Source: Candidatus Hermodarchaeota archaeon
Lineage (GTDB): Archaea; Asgardarchaeota; Hermodarchaeia; Hermodarchaeales; Hermodarchaeaceae
Length of the DNA stretch: 64,000 nucleotides
Reading direction: 5' to 3'
Assembly (NCBI GenBank): GCA_016839805.1
Contig: JAEOTO010000032.1
Span: forward strand, 160,001-224,000
The notes under the pieces are model-generated. The model had not been told where the DNA came from. It searched no databases and was given only the letters and a program-made list of their open reading frames with translations. Position numbers and translations under genes: made by a program. Positions 1 to 9,521 of this stretch are shown in pieces; within the stretch, counting starts at the first letter, position 1; the number at the start of each line of letters is the position of its first letter.

Positions 1-1784
1 AGATTTTCACACAGTATCCTGATATTAAACAGAAGCTGTTTTCAAATCCACTTGCAGAATACAAAAAACTAAAAACTTCTTACAGAGCGTCAAAAAAACG
101 ATTTGTTCGTGAATTTATTTCCGCCTTAGAGGAAACTGATTTATTAACACAGGCAAAAGCTCAATTTGGAGATATTGTTTCACTCAATCAAAGTATCTTA
201 TTTGAGAATCTATTGCATATTACTAAAAAACAAATTGAATATATGGAACCAATTGATCCCGAAAACAAATCAAACTTAATTAACCACTATCATATTGGAC
301 CGTTTAATATTCAAGTGTTAGAATATCCTCGATTTCCAATCGAAAAGGTCTATAGAGTTGTTGTGGCCTTAGATCAAATCTTATCACCTCGTATACTTCA
401 ACATCTTTTTACTCAACATTGGCAAAGTTCTTCTATTGAAGTGAGATTACAGAGTTTGGAAGAGTTACTCAACAACAAGATATCTAATTACCAAAACTAC
501 CTGAACTCTCATTTTGAAGAACTGACTGAGTTGGAACAAAAGAATTTAGCAATTTATGCTACAGCACAGTCACTCAATATAACAAAAACTATGCCGCTTC
601 TCCTTGATGATGATGTGCAGGAAATTTACTTAGATAAACCGGGTAGCGTCTATTATCTCGATCATGCCAAATGGGGACGATGTAAAACCAACTTAGTACC
701 CTCTAATTCAGAGTTATCACATATTATTACCCGTTTACGCCTTGAAAGTCGAAAACCCCTTGATGAAAGAATGCCCTCCCTGAAAACAGAATTAAAGACC
801 AACCTATTTCATGTCCGGGCCGCGATTGATATTCCTCCCCTTGCTTATGAAGGACCTCATTTGAATATTCGAAAGCTGCGGATGCGAATTCTTACACTCC
901 CTGAACTAATCACCAATAGAACCATATCACTCTCGGCTGCCGCCTTTCTAATCTTATGTTTAACTTTACGCACTAATATGACCATTTGTGGCGAGCCATC
1001 AACCGGAAAGACCACCCTTGCTAACGCCATCAATTTATTATCCCCACCAAGTTGGCGAAGGATTGCTATTGAAGATGCTCTTGAGAGCGTAACAGTCGAT
1101 GAATCTGGAAGGCACAAAGTCATCTTCAAGGTTGATCCTTTTGATTCTCTTGACAAAAGCCGTTCAACAAAATCTGATGAAATCATTCGGCTATTACATC
1201 GATCACCCGATTGGGTATTTTTAGGTGAATTACAAACGGCAGAACATAGTTCTGCAATGTTCCACGCAATTAGCGCAGGTATCCGAGGGATTCAAACATG
1301 CCATGCCAATTCTAATACTGACCTTTTGTTACGTTGGCGTATTCATCATAATATTCCAGAAGTGTGTTTCCAAGGCCTAGGATTACTTATCCACATGACA
1401 AGAGAAGTATCCCAAGGACAAATTATTCGCCGAGTTGCCCAAATTAGCGAAGTTAAGTTCGATTCAGATACTGCTTCGTTGATAACTTTATTCGAGTGGG
1501 ACAAAACCTCTGGCCAACTCGTTCAAAAAATTGATGATTTGATTACGCCTTTAGTTTCACGGACTTGTAAATTTCAATCAATATCAAAACAGGATATTAG
1601 AATTCGATTCGAAACTTACAAAAAAACGTTAGCCGAACTGGTTTCGAAGGGAGATTACAATCCATTAGTAATAGTGTCCGCGTTTGACAAAATACATGGC
1701 ATTTTACTGACCAACTGGAATAGTACACCTAGTATTCCAGGAAAAAACCAACATTGTAGAGAAGAGGGAAATGGATTTCATTAA
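1..1784 (+). CDS. Type IV pilus/Tad assembly ATPase (TadA/CpaF/VirB11 family), 5'-truncated by the window
   Basis: Walker A GEPSTGKTT, Asp box IAIED, Walker B VFLGE, His box TCHAN. The frame is open from the window start, upstream of the 213 TTG. Confidence 0.85.
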   Translation, partial: IFTQYPDIKQKLFSNPLAEYKKLKTSYRASKKRFVREFISALEETDLLTQAKAQFGDIVSLNQSILFENLLHITKKQIEYMEPIDPENKSNLINHYHIGPFNIQVLEYPRFPIEKVYRVVVALDQILSPRILQHLFTQHWQSSSIEVRLQSLEELLNNKISNYQNYLNSHFEELTELEQKNLAIYATAQSLNITKTMPLLLDDDVQEIYLDKPGSVYYLDHAKWGRCKTNLVPSNSELSHIITRLRLESRKPLDERMPSLKTELKTNLFHVRAAIDIPPLAYEGPHLNIRKLRMRILTLPELITNRTISLSAAAFLILCLTLRTNMTICGEPSTGKTTLANAINLLSPPSWRRIAIEDALESVTVDESGRHKVIFKVDPFDSLDKSRSTKSDEIIRLLHRSPDWVFLGELQTAEHSSAMFHAISAGIRGIQTCHANSNTDLLLRWRIHHNIPEVCFQGLGLLIHMTREVSQGQIIRRVAQISEVKFDSDTASLITLFEWDKTSGQLVQKIDDLITPLVSRTCKFQSISKQDIRIRFETYKKTLAELVSKGDYNPLVIVSAFDKIHGILLTNWNSTPSIPGKNQHCREEGNGFH

Positions 1785-2604
1785 ATTTCTCGGTAAACTT
1801 GGAAATCGTGTCCCCGGAGTAGATCGAATTGGTAAACGACTCGTTTCCCTCGAAATTATTGAAGCAGTAGAATTTCTCTACCAGCATAACCTGAACCCTG
1901 TTGATGTCTCAGGTGGTGTGATGGTAATAGGAATTTCAGTCTTCTTGGCAACTACCTTTATCCTAAATACTCTGATGCCTCCATTAAGTGCTTTTATCCT
2001 TAGTATAACAATTGCGATAATGAGTTGTTTAATAATTTTCAACAATATTGTAGCGAAATATTCCAATCGACTGGTACAGATTGAAAGAGTCACACCATAT
2101 GTTCTTGAGGAATTAGCAACAATCTATCTGACAACTGGTTCAGTGTTTGAAGCGATTCAGTACATTTCAAAAGGAGAGTTTGGCAGTATCTCCGATTCGT
2201 TTTCAACAATGATACTTCCGTTAAACCAGGGCGTCCCACCAGAACACCTATTGATGGCTTTTGCCATTTCACAACCATCGATAACTCTGCGTAGAGGATT
2301 ACTTGCGTTCATTCAGTTTGTTGAGTCTTCAAATAACAGTTTAGATGCCGTTATTTCCGATGCTCATGAAAACCTCCAACGAAGATTTGAACGGCTAACA
2401 TTACAATGGGACAGCCGGATGATGGTATATGCAGGTATGCTAGTATTCTTACCGATTATTTTCATTTTGGGCGTAGCTGTCCGTGGTATGGCGTATAATC
2501 CTTTCATACTACTCCTTCCTGTCCTTCAATTTGGTCTCTCTAAAATTCTACTTAAGACGCTATTACCAAACGAACTTATTTTATTAGGAGAACAGACAAA
2601 ATGA
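1771..2604 (+). CDS. TadB/TadC-like (T2SSF) pilus platform membrane protein
   Basis: TM pair, then a cytoplasmic domain (ELATIYLTTGSVFEAI...G.PPEHLL), then a TM pair; directly follows the pilus ATPase. Confidence 0.75.
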   Translation: MDFIKFLGKLGNRVPGVDRIGKRLVSLEIIEAVEFLYQHNLNPVDVSGGVMVIGISVFLATTFILNTLMPPLSAFILSITIAIMSCLIIFNNIVAKYSNRLVQIERVTPYVLEELATIYLTTGSVFEAIQYISKGEFGSISDSFSTMILPLNQGVPPEHLLMAFAISQPSITLRRGLLAFIQFVESSNNSLDAVISDAHENLQRRFERLTLQWDSRMMVYAGMLVFLPIIFILGVAVRGMAYNPFILLLPVLQFGLSKILLKTLLPNELILLGEQTK

Positions 2605-3260
2605 CACAAGATACTGAATTTGATCAATTCATCGATTTCATTGCACATTTCTCCTCTGAATTAGCTTCTGGAACTAGCCCAGAATATGCGTTGGTTCGAA
2701 CTTCTAATTACTTTGGCAAACAGACTCCCAGAGAAATTTTGAGCGCGTTGTGCGATATTGTAGAGGGGAGAAAATCATTCTATGATTCGTGGGCTGATTT
2801 GATTAGTGTATATAGTGGAAATGCCTACGCACGATTGTTAGAATTGCTAGGAAGGTTCCTCGAAAAAGGATCAAAAGTTGGAGGTGAACGAATGCTTCAG
2901 GTCCTGAAACAAGTAAGAAAGAATAGTACGATGACAAAAAACAGAGAAAACCTGATTAAAAGCCAAAAAGTAAAGGTTATGGCGCTTTCTCTTGTATCTT
3001 CGATAGTAATCGGAATGATTGCAGCTCTTGCTCCCATACTAACATTTGCATTCTATGAGGACCTTTTTTCTAGCTCAGTTTTAGTGTATCCAACTACGAT
3101 TGCGATTCAAATTTTTCTTGCATCATTATTGACAGTTATTGTTACTGGGTACAGACTTAATCAGACTGTTGGAGGATCGCTGCGTATTGTTTTACTCTGT
3201 TTAGCATCATTTGGCTGCACATACGTTCTAGTAGCTCATCTTCTTATGAATCTCATATAA
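2601..3260 (+). CDS. Second TadB/TadC-like membrane protein
   Basis: SELASGTSPEYAL T2SSF-like motif, C-terminal TM helices, overlapping operon arrangement. Confidence 0.7.
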   Translation: MTQDTEFDQFIDFIAHFSSELASGTSPEYALVRTSNYFGKQTPREILSALCDIVEGRKSFYDSWADLISVYSGNAYARLLELLGRFLEKGSKVGGERMLQVLKQVRKNSTMTKNRENLIKSQKVKVMALSLVSSIVIGMIAALAPILTFAFYEDLFSSSVLVYPTTIAIQIFLASLLTVIVTGYRLNQTVGGSLRIVLLCLASFGCTYVLVAHLLMNLI

Positions 3261-3295
3261 TTGTGGGGCTTAAATAAGCAAACATAAACTGCTTA

Positions 3296-3523
3296 ATGAG
3301 AAATAAGATGAGAATTTTTAAGGTCTTAGTAGATTTCCTTCGAAACCGACGAGGATCTCCACTAGTTGAAGAAGGATTACTCTTAGGACTCGCAATTCTG
3401 ACCATCACGATTTTGATTACAGTAATCCTTGATGTTATGGGTTGGTCACAAGGTCTCTTCCAGTCGATTCTAATCCAGCTTGATCAAGTAAGACAAGCAT
3501 TCCTTGGTTGGATTGGAGGGTAG
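3296..3523 (+). CDS. Flp-like small pilin with class III signal peptide
   Basis: FLRNRRG|SPLVEEGLLL: Gly at -1, Glu at +5, then a hydrophobic helix; last gene of the Tad locus. Confidence 0.75.
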   Translation: MRNKMRIFKVLVDFLRNRRGSPLVEEGLLLGLAILTITILITVILDVMGWSQGLFQSILIQLDQVRQAFLGWIGG

Positions 3524-3546
3524 TGAACTTCGGAGATTGTAAGAAT

Positions 3547-4884
3547 CTAAGAGCTTGCATTTGAAGCCGATTCTATTTTTTTCAGACCAAGCCCCTGCAG
3601 GGGTTCATTCCCCACAATTCCTGAATGAAATTCAGTCAACGAGGGGTGCGGTTGTTGATTATCGATCGGTATATTTTCAGCTGAACCATCGGATTCAATT
3701 TCCGCTGGGAGTATATGTTCCACGTTTCCGACTCGTGAAATCATAGCCGGTGAACTCTCCTCTTGATCCGTACCACTCGTCGTGGAATCTAGTCGATACA
3801 ATTGTAATGAATTCCAATCAACATCATCAAAGATTTCGATGTTGCCCCGAAAACCGGGTAGTACAGCTGAGTTACCTTCTAAACCAGTCACTATTAGCAA
3901 AACTCTCACATAGCCAGCAAAATCCGAAATAATTCGAGCACCCCAAATTATCCTAGCATCATGCCGCATTTGACGTGTCACGACATCAGCTACACGAGTA
4001 GCCTCCTCCAAACTTAAGTCAGGCCCACCAATAACATGAATTAATGCTCCTGTCGCACCTTTAACACTGAGATCACCTAATAGTGGAGAGTGGAGTGCAT
4101 TTTTCACAGCTTCGGATATCCTGTCGAACCCTTTGTTCTCTGATGGCGCTGCCTCTCCTAATCCGACTAGGGCTACACCACCTCCAGCTAGAACACTTCG
4201 AACATCAGCAAAATCGAGGTTGATTAGACTGGGTAGACTAATAGTTTCGGTTACTCCTTTCACCATACTAGCTAAGATTTCATCTGCAACACTAAAGGCT
4301 TCGTCAATTGGAAGATCACGGGCAATCTCGAGGAGTTTGTTATTATCAATTACTATGACTGTATCTGCATATCTTCGCAATCGCTGTAGCCCTCGGTGCG
4401 CCTTGTTAATTCTAGCTCCTTCGATTGTGAAAGGCGTAGTGACCGTACACACAACAATTGCACCGTTTTGTTTCGCAATTTCAGCAATTACCGGTGCTGC
4501 GCCTGTACCAGTTCCTCCTCCTAAACCTGCTGCGATAAACAACAAGTCAACACCGCGTAGTAGATTTGTTAGATCCTGACGAGATTCTTCTGCAGCAGCA
4601 GCACCTAATTCAGGAAACCCGCCAGTACCCAATCCTCTAGTAATTGTCTTTCCAATGAGTATTTTCAGATGTGCCTGGACGTGATCTAGATGTTGCTGAT
4701 CCGTGTTTATAGCCACACACTCTGCTCCTTGTATTCCTATTTGTACTAATCTGTTAATGGTATTGTTACCGCCTCCTCCAACACCAGCAACCATTATTCT
4801 TGCGCCAGATTTCGAATATCTTGGAGCTTTGTTGGTTGGACGTTGAGCAGCATCTTGAACAAGTTTTGATAAACCACTATTCAT
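3547..4884 (-). CDS. ftsZ: Cell division protein FtsZ (FtsZ2-type context)
   Basis: GVGGGGNN, tubulin signature GGGTGTG, INLDFAD; long acidic C-terminal tail. Confidence 0.97.
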   Translation of the reverse strand: MNSGLSKLVQDAAQRPTNKAPRYSKSGARIMVAGVGGGGNNTINRLVQIGIQGAECVAINTDQQHLDHVQAHLKILIGKTITRGLGTGGFPELGAAAAEESRQDLTNLLRGVDLLFIAAGLGGGTGTGAAPVIAEIAKQNGAIVVCTVTTPFTIEGARINKAHRGLQRLRRYADTVIVIDNNKLLEIARDLPIDEAFSVADEILASMVKGVTETISLPSLINLDFADVRSVLAGGGVALVGLGEAAPSENKGFDRISEAVKNALHSPLLGDLSVKGATGALIHVIGGPDLSLEEATRVADVVTRQMRHDARIIWGARIISDFAGYVRVLLIVTGLEGNSAVLPGFRGNIEIFDDVDWNSLQLYRLDSTTSGTDQEESSPAMISRVGNVEHILPAEIESDGSAENIPIDNQQPHPSLTEFHSGIVGNEPLQGLGLKKIESASNASS

Positions 4885-4890
4885 TGATAT

Positions 4891-5058
4891 TCACCTAACT
4901 TTGATTTGAGGAGCTGATTGGCTCCAAAGTTCTCGTTTCAGGAGATCTCGGACTGCTATTCGAATGGCTTCGCTTCGGTTTGGATAGAGTTTTTCAAGAA
5001 TCAATTTTTCAATTCCGTTGACGTACGCTTCAGGAAGGTTAACTGTTATTAGCTTCAT
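4891..5058 (-). CDS. cdrS: Ribbon-helix-helix regulator CdrS
   Basis: MKLITVNLPEAY...YPNRSEAIRIAVRDLL, immediately upstream of ftsZ, matching the known archaeal cdrS-ftsZ2 arrangement. Confidence 0.88.
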   Translation of the reverse strand: MKLITVNLPEAYVNGIEKLILEKLYPNRSEAIRIAVRDLLKRELWSQSAPQIKVR

Positions 5059-5380
5059 TTCAATCAGATGCATACCTAGATGTTTCCCTGAAAATATGCT
5101 AGTATTATCCAGGTATTACCGTCTGTGAATAATTACCCCTCGGGTAGGAAAAAACACTGGAATCCAGCCCTTTAAGTGCTCTAAATCAAAAAATACGGAC
5201 ACAATACTAGTATTACCTAGCACGGGAGCAAAGGCAACCGAAAACCATCGATTTTAAACCATTTAGCAGGTGAAATAGACAAGCAATAGACATTCCCCTT
5301 TAATGACAAAAGAATTGGCGCCAAAACAGTTGATAAAATTTAAAAAGACAAGTACGTGACGGGATGTTTGCCCATTGAGT

Positions 5381-5496
5381 GCGGGGGTACCCGAGCACGG
5401 TCTAAGGAATTTATTGAATAGATTCCGATTAAAGGGGCAGGACTGAGGCTCCTGTGGTGTAGACCTTCGTGGGTTCGAATCCCACCCCCCGCACCA
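5381..5496 (+). tRNA. tRNA-Leu(GAG) with a 28-nt D-loop BHB intron (5405-5432)
   Basis: GCGGGGG/CCCCCGC-A-CCA acceptor, CAGGA-CTGAGGC-TCCTG anticodon arm, long variable arm, GTTCGAATC; BHB GGTC-TAA...GATT-AAA. Confidence 0.93.
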
Positions 5497-5558
5497 TATC
5501 ATTATTTTGATTATAATTTGTTGGTTTTTATAGAGTAAACTGGTCCAATCTGTGGAGC

Positions 5559-6494
5559 TTGCTGATGTTGTCAAGTAAAATGCTAGATCAGTTTAGTCTT
5601 CATTTACAACATATCAAAGCTGTCCCCGGAGTAGAAAACTCTGTTTTAGTTCAGAAAGATGGTTACCCAATATCCAGTGCTGGTGTTTGGTTATCAGAAA
5701 ACGAAATCTTTGGTCTGTCCTCTTCGGCTGCTGCGATATTATCTGTGGCACAAAGGCTTCATGATGACTTGTCTTATGTTCTAATCGAAGGAGAGCGGAG
5801 TAAATTTTTACTTGCAACATTACCGCGAGCTATGAACTATTTCATCACCGTCACGACACAAAGTCACAGCAATCTCGGTGCCCTTTTATTACAATTGGAA
5901 AGGACCATTTCTTATCTTGATGACGCCCTTTGGAATGAACAGTTTATTCCTCCATTACGAACTTTTGAACAGTCAGAACGAACTCAAATTTATAATGCGT
6001 TCAATGTACGTGAAGGTCCTAAACGAACTTGGTCAACTGGATCATTAAATATGGCTATCACGGAAAATACAGCTCAGCAAATTACAGAAATTGTTACTGA
6101 TTTCCTTAAAGCCTTACCTTCCGCAACAACAGGGGAGGTTTGTCTTGAAGGGGGATATTTGATTCCAACACAACGATATAATGAAGGTATGCGAATAAGA
6201 AATTCGACACTAACATACACTCTTTTTGATACATCTCGAAAAGTTGCTCAATTAGTTAAACGTACAGGAATACTCCAAGTTCTTTGTGATTGTGGGACCA
6301 AACAACATTTCATCTACCGGCTAGCAGGAGGGCTTTTTAGCACCCTAATCCGTAAAGATTCAACTCGTTTGGGCCTTTTACGTCTAATAATTCCCAATTT
6401 CATCTCGGAGATTGAGTCTGTTTTAGAAAAGGCTCCAATAGCACAGCGACCATCCCTCGATGTGGATGGCTTTTTGGAGGCGATAGCTCGATGA
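5559..6494 (+). CDS. Tandem roadblock/LC7 (MglB/LAMTOR-like) domain protein
   Basis: N-terminal VPGVENSVLVQKDGYPISS...SNLGALL roadblock pattern and a second degenerate copy ending TRLGLLRL. Confidence 0.8.
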   Translation: MLMLSSKMLDQFSLHLQHIKAVPGVENSVLVQKDGYPISSAGVWLSENEIFGLSSSAAAILSVAQRLHDDLSYVLIEGERSKFLLATLPRAMNYFITVTTQSHSNLGALLLQLERTISYLDDALWNEQFIPPLRTFEQSERTQIYNAFNVREGPKRTWSTGSLNMAITENTAQQITEIVTDFLKALPSATTGEVCLEGGYLIPTQRYNEGMRIRNSTLTYTLFDTSRKVAQLVKRTGILQVLCDCGTKQHFIYRLAGGLFSTLIRKDSTRLGLLRLIIPNFISEIESVLEKAPIAQRPSLDVDGFLEAIAR

Positions 6495-7381
6495 ACACTT
6501 TTCTTGATAGTGGATTGCATACCCTAGGACGTAAAGAGCGAGCAATTGTGTTACGATCTATTTTGGATCGGTACCCTGTTATTATTTACAGTGATTCCTG
6601 TGAGTCATCAGATGTAATCGCTGAATCACTAGTATCATTCGTTCCTCACCGACGGGAGATAGTTTTTGGATCGGATTTTGTCTCTTATTCAGAGCATGAA
6701 AGAATGATACACCATGAAAAGGGGGACTACAATGGGGAGAGGATAATCTACCGTGCGCCATCTTCCGCATCACAGTTAGTAACTGACCAAATAACAGACT
6801 TTAGAGGATGGGTTATTGCTACTGATCAGAGTAATGTTGAAAAAATCAAGCATGCCATTACTCGAACTTCTACCTCTCCGATCATTTTACGATTTGAAGA
6901 TGATTCTCTCAAGCTTGAATCAAATGGAAATTCAAAAGCTATTAATGATACAGTTTTTGAACAAAAATTGTTAGAAAAAGTGACTTCTGAAACCCAAACA
7001 AAAATTGAAAGAATCACACGTATTTTACGCAGAGCAGCCCGTGGAAAAGTAAGTGAAAGACTTGAAAAAAGCCTGATTGATCTTAAACAAGAAGAGGAAC
7101 GCGTCCGTCTGAGTTTATACCGGGAACATATTCAAGCATTCGTTGAAGCAGCTTGGCGGGTTATGATCATTTTGATGCGCCTTCGACTATTGCAAGGTGT
7201 TGGAGTCAAATCAGTAATTTCTGATAAGATGCTACAACAGGCAGTCGATTATAAAGGAGCCACAATTGATCGACTTATGGAGTTTATTAAGGCCGAATGG
7301 GGTGAAGATTTTCAGAGTTCCGTTCAGGAGGGAGCAGAACAAACGTTTGGTGATCGACTTGAAGGATTTTGGACGATTTAG
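6491..7381 (+). CDS. Uncharacterised protein, possibly a DENN/folliculin-like core
   Basis: Sits between the roadblock and GTPase genes. AIVLRSILDRYPVIIYSD...IAESLVSFVP resembles the cDENN helix-strand-helix-P pattern (pattern recognition only). Confidence 0.45.
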   Translation: MNTFLDSGLHTLGRKERAIVLRSILDRYPVIIYSDSCESSDVIAESLVSFVPHRREIVFGSDFVSYSEHERMIHHEKGDYNGERIIYRAPSSASQLVTDQITDFRGWVIATDQSNVEKIKHAITRTSTSPIILRFEDDSLKLESNGNSKAINDTVFEQKLLEKVTSETQTKIERITRILRRAARGKVSERLEKSLIDLKQEEERVRLSLYREHIQAFVEAAWRVMIILMRLRLLQGVGVKSVISDKMLQQAVDYKGATIDRLMEFIKAEWGEDFQSSVQEGAEQTFGDRLEGFWTI

Positions 7382-7400
7382 GATTTGAGGGAATCGATTA

Positions 7401-7991
7401 ATGTTAATTGATTGGAGTCAACGAATTATTCAAACCAAGATCGTCTATTATGGACCGGCGATGAGTGGAAAAACTGAAAGTATCCGAGCCCTGTTTCATC
7501 ATCTCAATATTTTATCGCGTCTCGAGTCGATTGAAACAACTTCAGGACGAACCCTCTTTTTTGATTACGGTCCAATTGAACTAAAACACGGTGAGTGGAC
7601 TCTACAAATTCATATTTGGTCGGCAACGGGACAAGACTACTACGCTGAAACGCGTTCAACTGTCCTGGCAGGAACTGATGGTATTGTTTTTGTAGCTGAT
7701 TCAAGCCCTAATTTATTAAACGAGAATTTGCGTTGTTGGGAAGAGCTTAATGGATTTTTTGGAACTCGACTTGTAAACAACATACCGGTTGTTTTCGCAT
7801 TAAACAAACGGGATATCTGGCCCACCATAAGTCGATTTGACTTCATAAATTCTTTGAGATTAAATGGTTCTTCATTAATTTTCGAAACAGTAGCTACTCA
7901 AGGAACATTCACAGTAGAGATATTACAGGAAATTATTCGGAAGATATTACTTGAATCTAGTCTTGCACAACCTAAAAGGATAGGTACATAA
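7401..7991 (+). CDS. MglA-like small GTPase
   Basis: KIVYYGPAMSGKT, RTLFFD, ATGQDYY, DGIVFVADS, NKRD, ETVA. Confidence 0.9.
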   Translation: MLIDWSQRIIQTKIVYYGPAMSGKTESIRALFHHLNILSRLESIETTSGRTLFFDYGPIELKHGEWTLQIHIWSATGQDYYAETRSTVLAGTDGIVFVADSSPNLLNENLRCWEELNGFFGTRLVNNIPVVFALNKRDIWPTISRFDFINSLRLNGSSLIFETVATQGTFTVEILQEIIRKILLESSLAQPKRIGT

Positions 7992-8030
7992 TATCTCATT
8001 CTAAAGTGTCTAAATTAGGAGAACTATAGA

Positions 8031-8909
8031 ATGCTAGCTTCAAACTTAGAAGCCACCATAGTAGATCTTTTGCGTCTGGCTGTAACCGACTTACCACGAG
8101 ATGTCTCAAATGGACTTGAGCAAGCACTACAAAAAGAGAATAATCTAACAGCGAAAAATCAGTTAAATGCAATTCTCGATAACATCAATCTAGCCCGTCA
8201 GAATTCCATACCAATGTGTCAAGATACAGGTATTCAAATATTCTATGTTACAGTTGGATCAAAGTTTCCTTTACTTCATGAAATTCCTCAGATACTTGAA
8301 AATGCCGTACGAAGAGGAACCCGAGAAATCCCATTAAGACCCAACACTGTCAACCCATTTTTGCACAAGAACCCCAATGACAATACTGGTTTACATATTC
8401 CATGGATTAACTGGAAAATTATTCGAGGGACAGACCTGCAAATAACTGCTTTTCCTAAGGGTGGAGGTTCAGAGAATGTTTGTCAATTAGCAATGCTAAC
8501 TCCAGGGAAAGGAATTAGGGGCGTAAAACGCTTTGTGATTGACGCGGTTATTGAAGCAGGTGCAAAACCATGTCCACCAACCATAATTGGAATAGGGATA
8601 GGAGGAGGCGCGGATATTTGTATGAAACTTGCTAAAGAGCAATTGTTTAGACCTGTCGGTCAGCGTCATCCTAACCGGAAAGTAGCTAAATTGGAGGAGG
8701 AATTATTAGAAGCTATTAATGCAACAGGAATTGGCCCAATGGGATTGGGTGGAGATACGACCTCTTTGGATGTGCATATTGATTTTGCTATGCGACACCC
8801 AGCATCTCTCCCAGTGGGTTTTGCCGTGCAATGTTGGGCTGCAAGACGTGCGTCAGCAATAATCACCAAAAAAGGGAAGGTAAAATTCACTTCACATAAG
8901 GTGGATTAA
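8031..8909 (+). CDS. Fe-S fumarate hydratase/tartrate dehydratase, alpha subunit
   Basis: PMCQDTG, PKGGGSEN, KPCPP, GIGPMGLGG, HPASLPV, CWA. Confidence 0.93.
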   Translation: MLASNLEATIVDLLRLAVTDLPRDVSNGLEQALQKENNLTAKNQLNAILDNINLARQNSIPMCQDTGIQIFYVTVGSKFPLLHEIPQILENAVRRGTREIPLRPNTVNPFLHKNPNDNTGLHIPWINWKIIRGTDLQITAFPKGGGSENVCQLAMLTPGKGIRGVKRFVIDAVIEAGAKPCPPTIIGIGIGGGADICMKLAKEQLFRPVGQRHPNRKVAKLEEELLEAINATGIGPMGLGGDTTSLDVHIDFAMRHPASLPVGFAVQCWAARRASAIITKKGKVKFTSHKVD

Positions 8910-8911
8910 AA

Positions 8912-9511
8912 GTGGTAACATATGAATTAAGTACACCAATCTCCGAGGAAGATGTTCGAAAACTTCGTGTCAATGATGTTGTATACATTTCAGGAACAAT
9001 CTTTACAGCCCGCGATGAAGCCCACGAACGGGCTCTGGATTGGTTCATTTCAAATAAAGCCTTGCCAATTGATCCCACTGGTCTAGCGGTGTTTCACTGT
9101 GGACCAATTGTAAGGAAAGTGAAAGAAGAATGGGAGCTAGTAGCTGCGGGACCTACTACAAGCACGCGAATGGAAATGTTTGAAGATAAATTCATTGAGG
9201 CATTCAAGATTCGCGTTATTATAGGAAAAGGAGGAATGGGTCCCAAAACTGCAAGAGCCATGAAGAAGGTAGGAGCTATTTATGGAGCGTTTACAGGAGG
9301 CGCGGCAGTATTAGCTGCGAAAGCTGTTCGTCGGATTATTGATGTTGCTTGGCTAGATCTTGGAATGCCAGAGGCTCTTTGGATTATGGAAGTTGAACGA
9401 TTTGGTCCACTTATTGTAGCGATTGACTCCAATGGAACGAACCTATTCGAAGAGGTTAAGGCGGGAGTTGAACGAAGTCGTGAACATGTGTATAAACTAG
9501 CTGGTCTGTAA
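8912..9511 (+). CDS. Fe-S fumarate hydratase, beta subunit
   Basis: TARDEAH, HCGP, AGPTTSTRM, GKGGM, LGMPEA. Confidence 0.93.
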   Translation: MVTYELSTPISEEDVRKLRVNDVVYISGTIFTARDEAHERALDWFISNKALPIDPTGLAVFHCGPIVRKVKEEWELVAAGPTTSTRMEMFEDKFIEAFKIRVIIGKGGMGPKTARAMKKVGAIYGAFTGGAAVLAAKAVRRIIDVAWLDLGMPEALWIMEVERFGPLIVAIDSNGTNLFEEVKAGVERSREHVYKLAGL

Positions 9512-9521
9512 TAACAGTGGT

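Noticed and set aside
5263-5574. ORFs overlapping tRNAs (also 48576-48794, 55453-55647, 55551-55778)
   Set aside because: They are antisense translations of tRNA genes.
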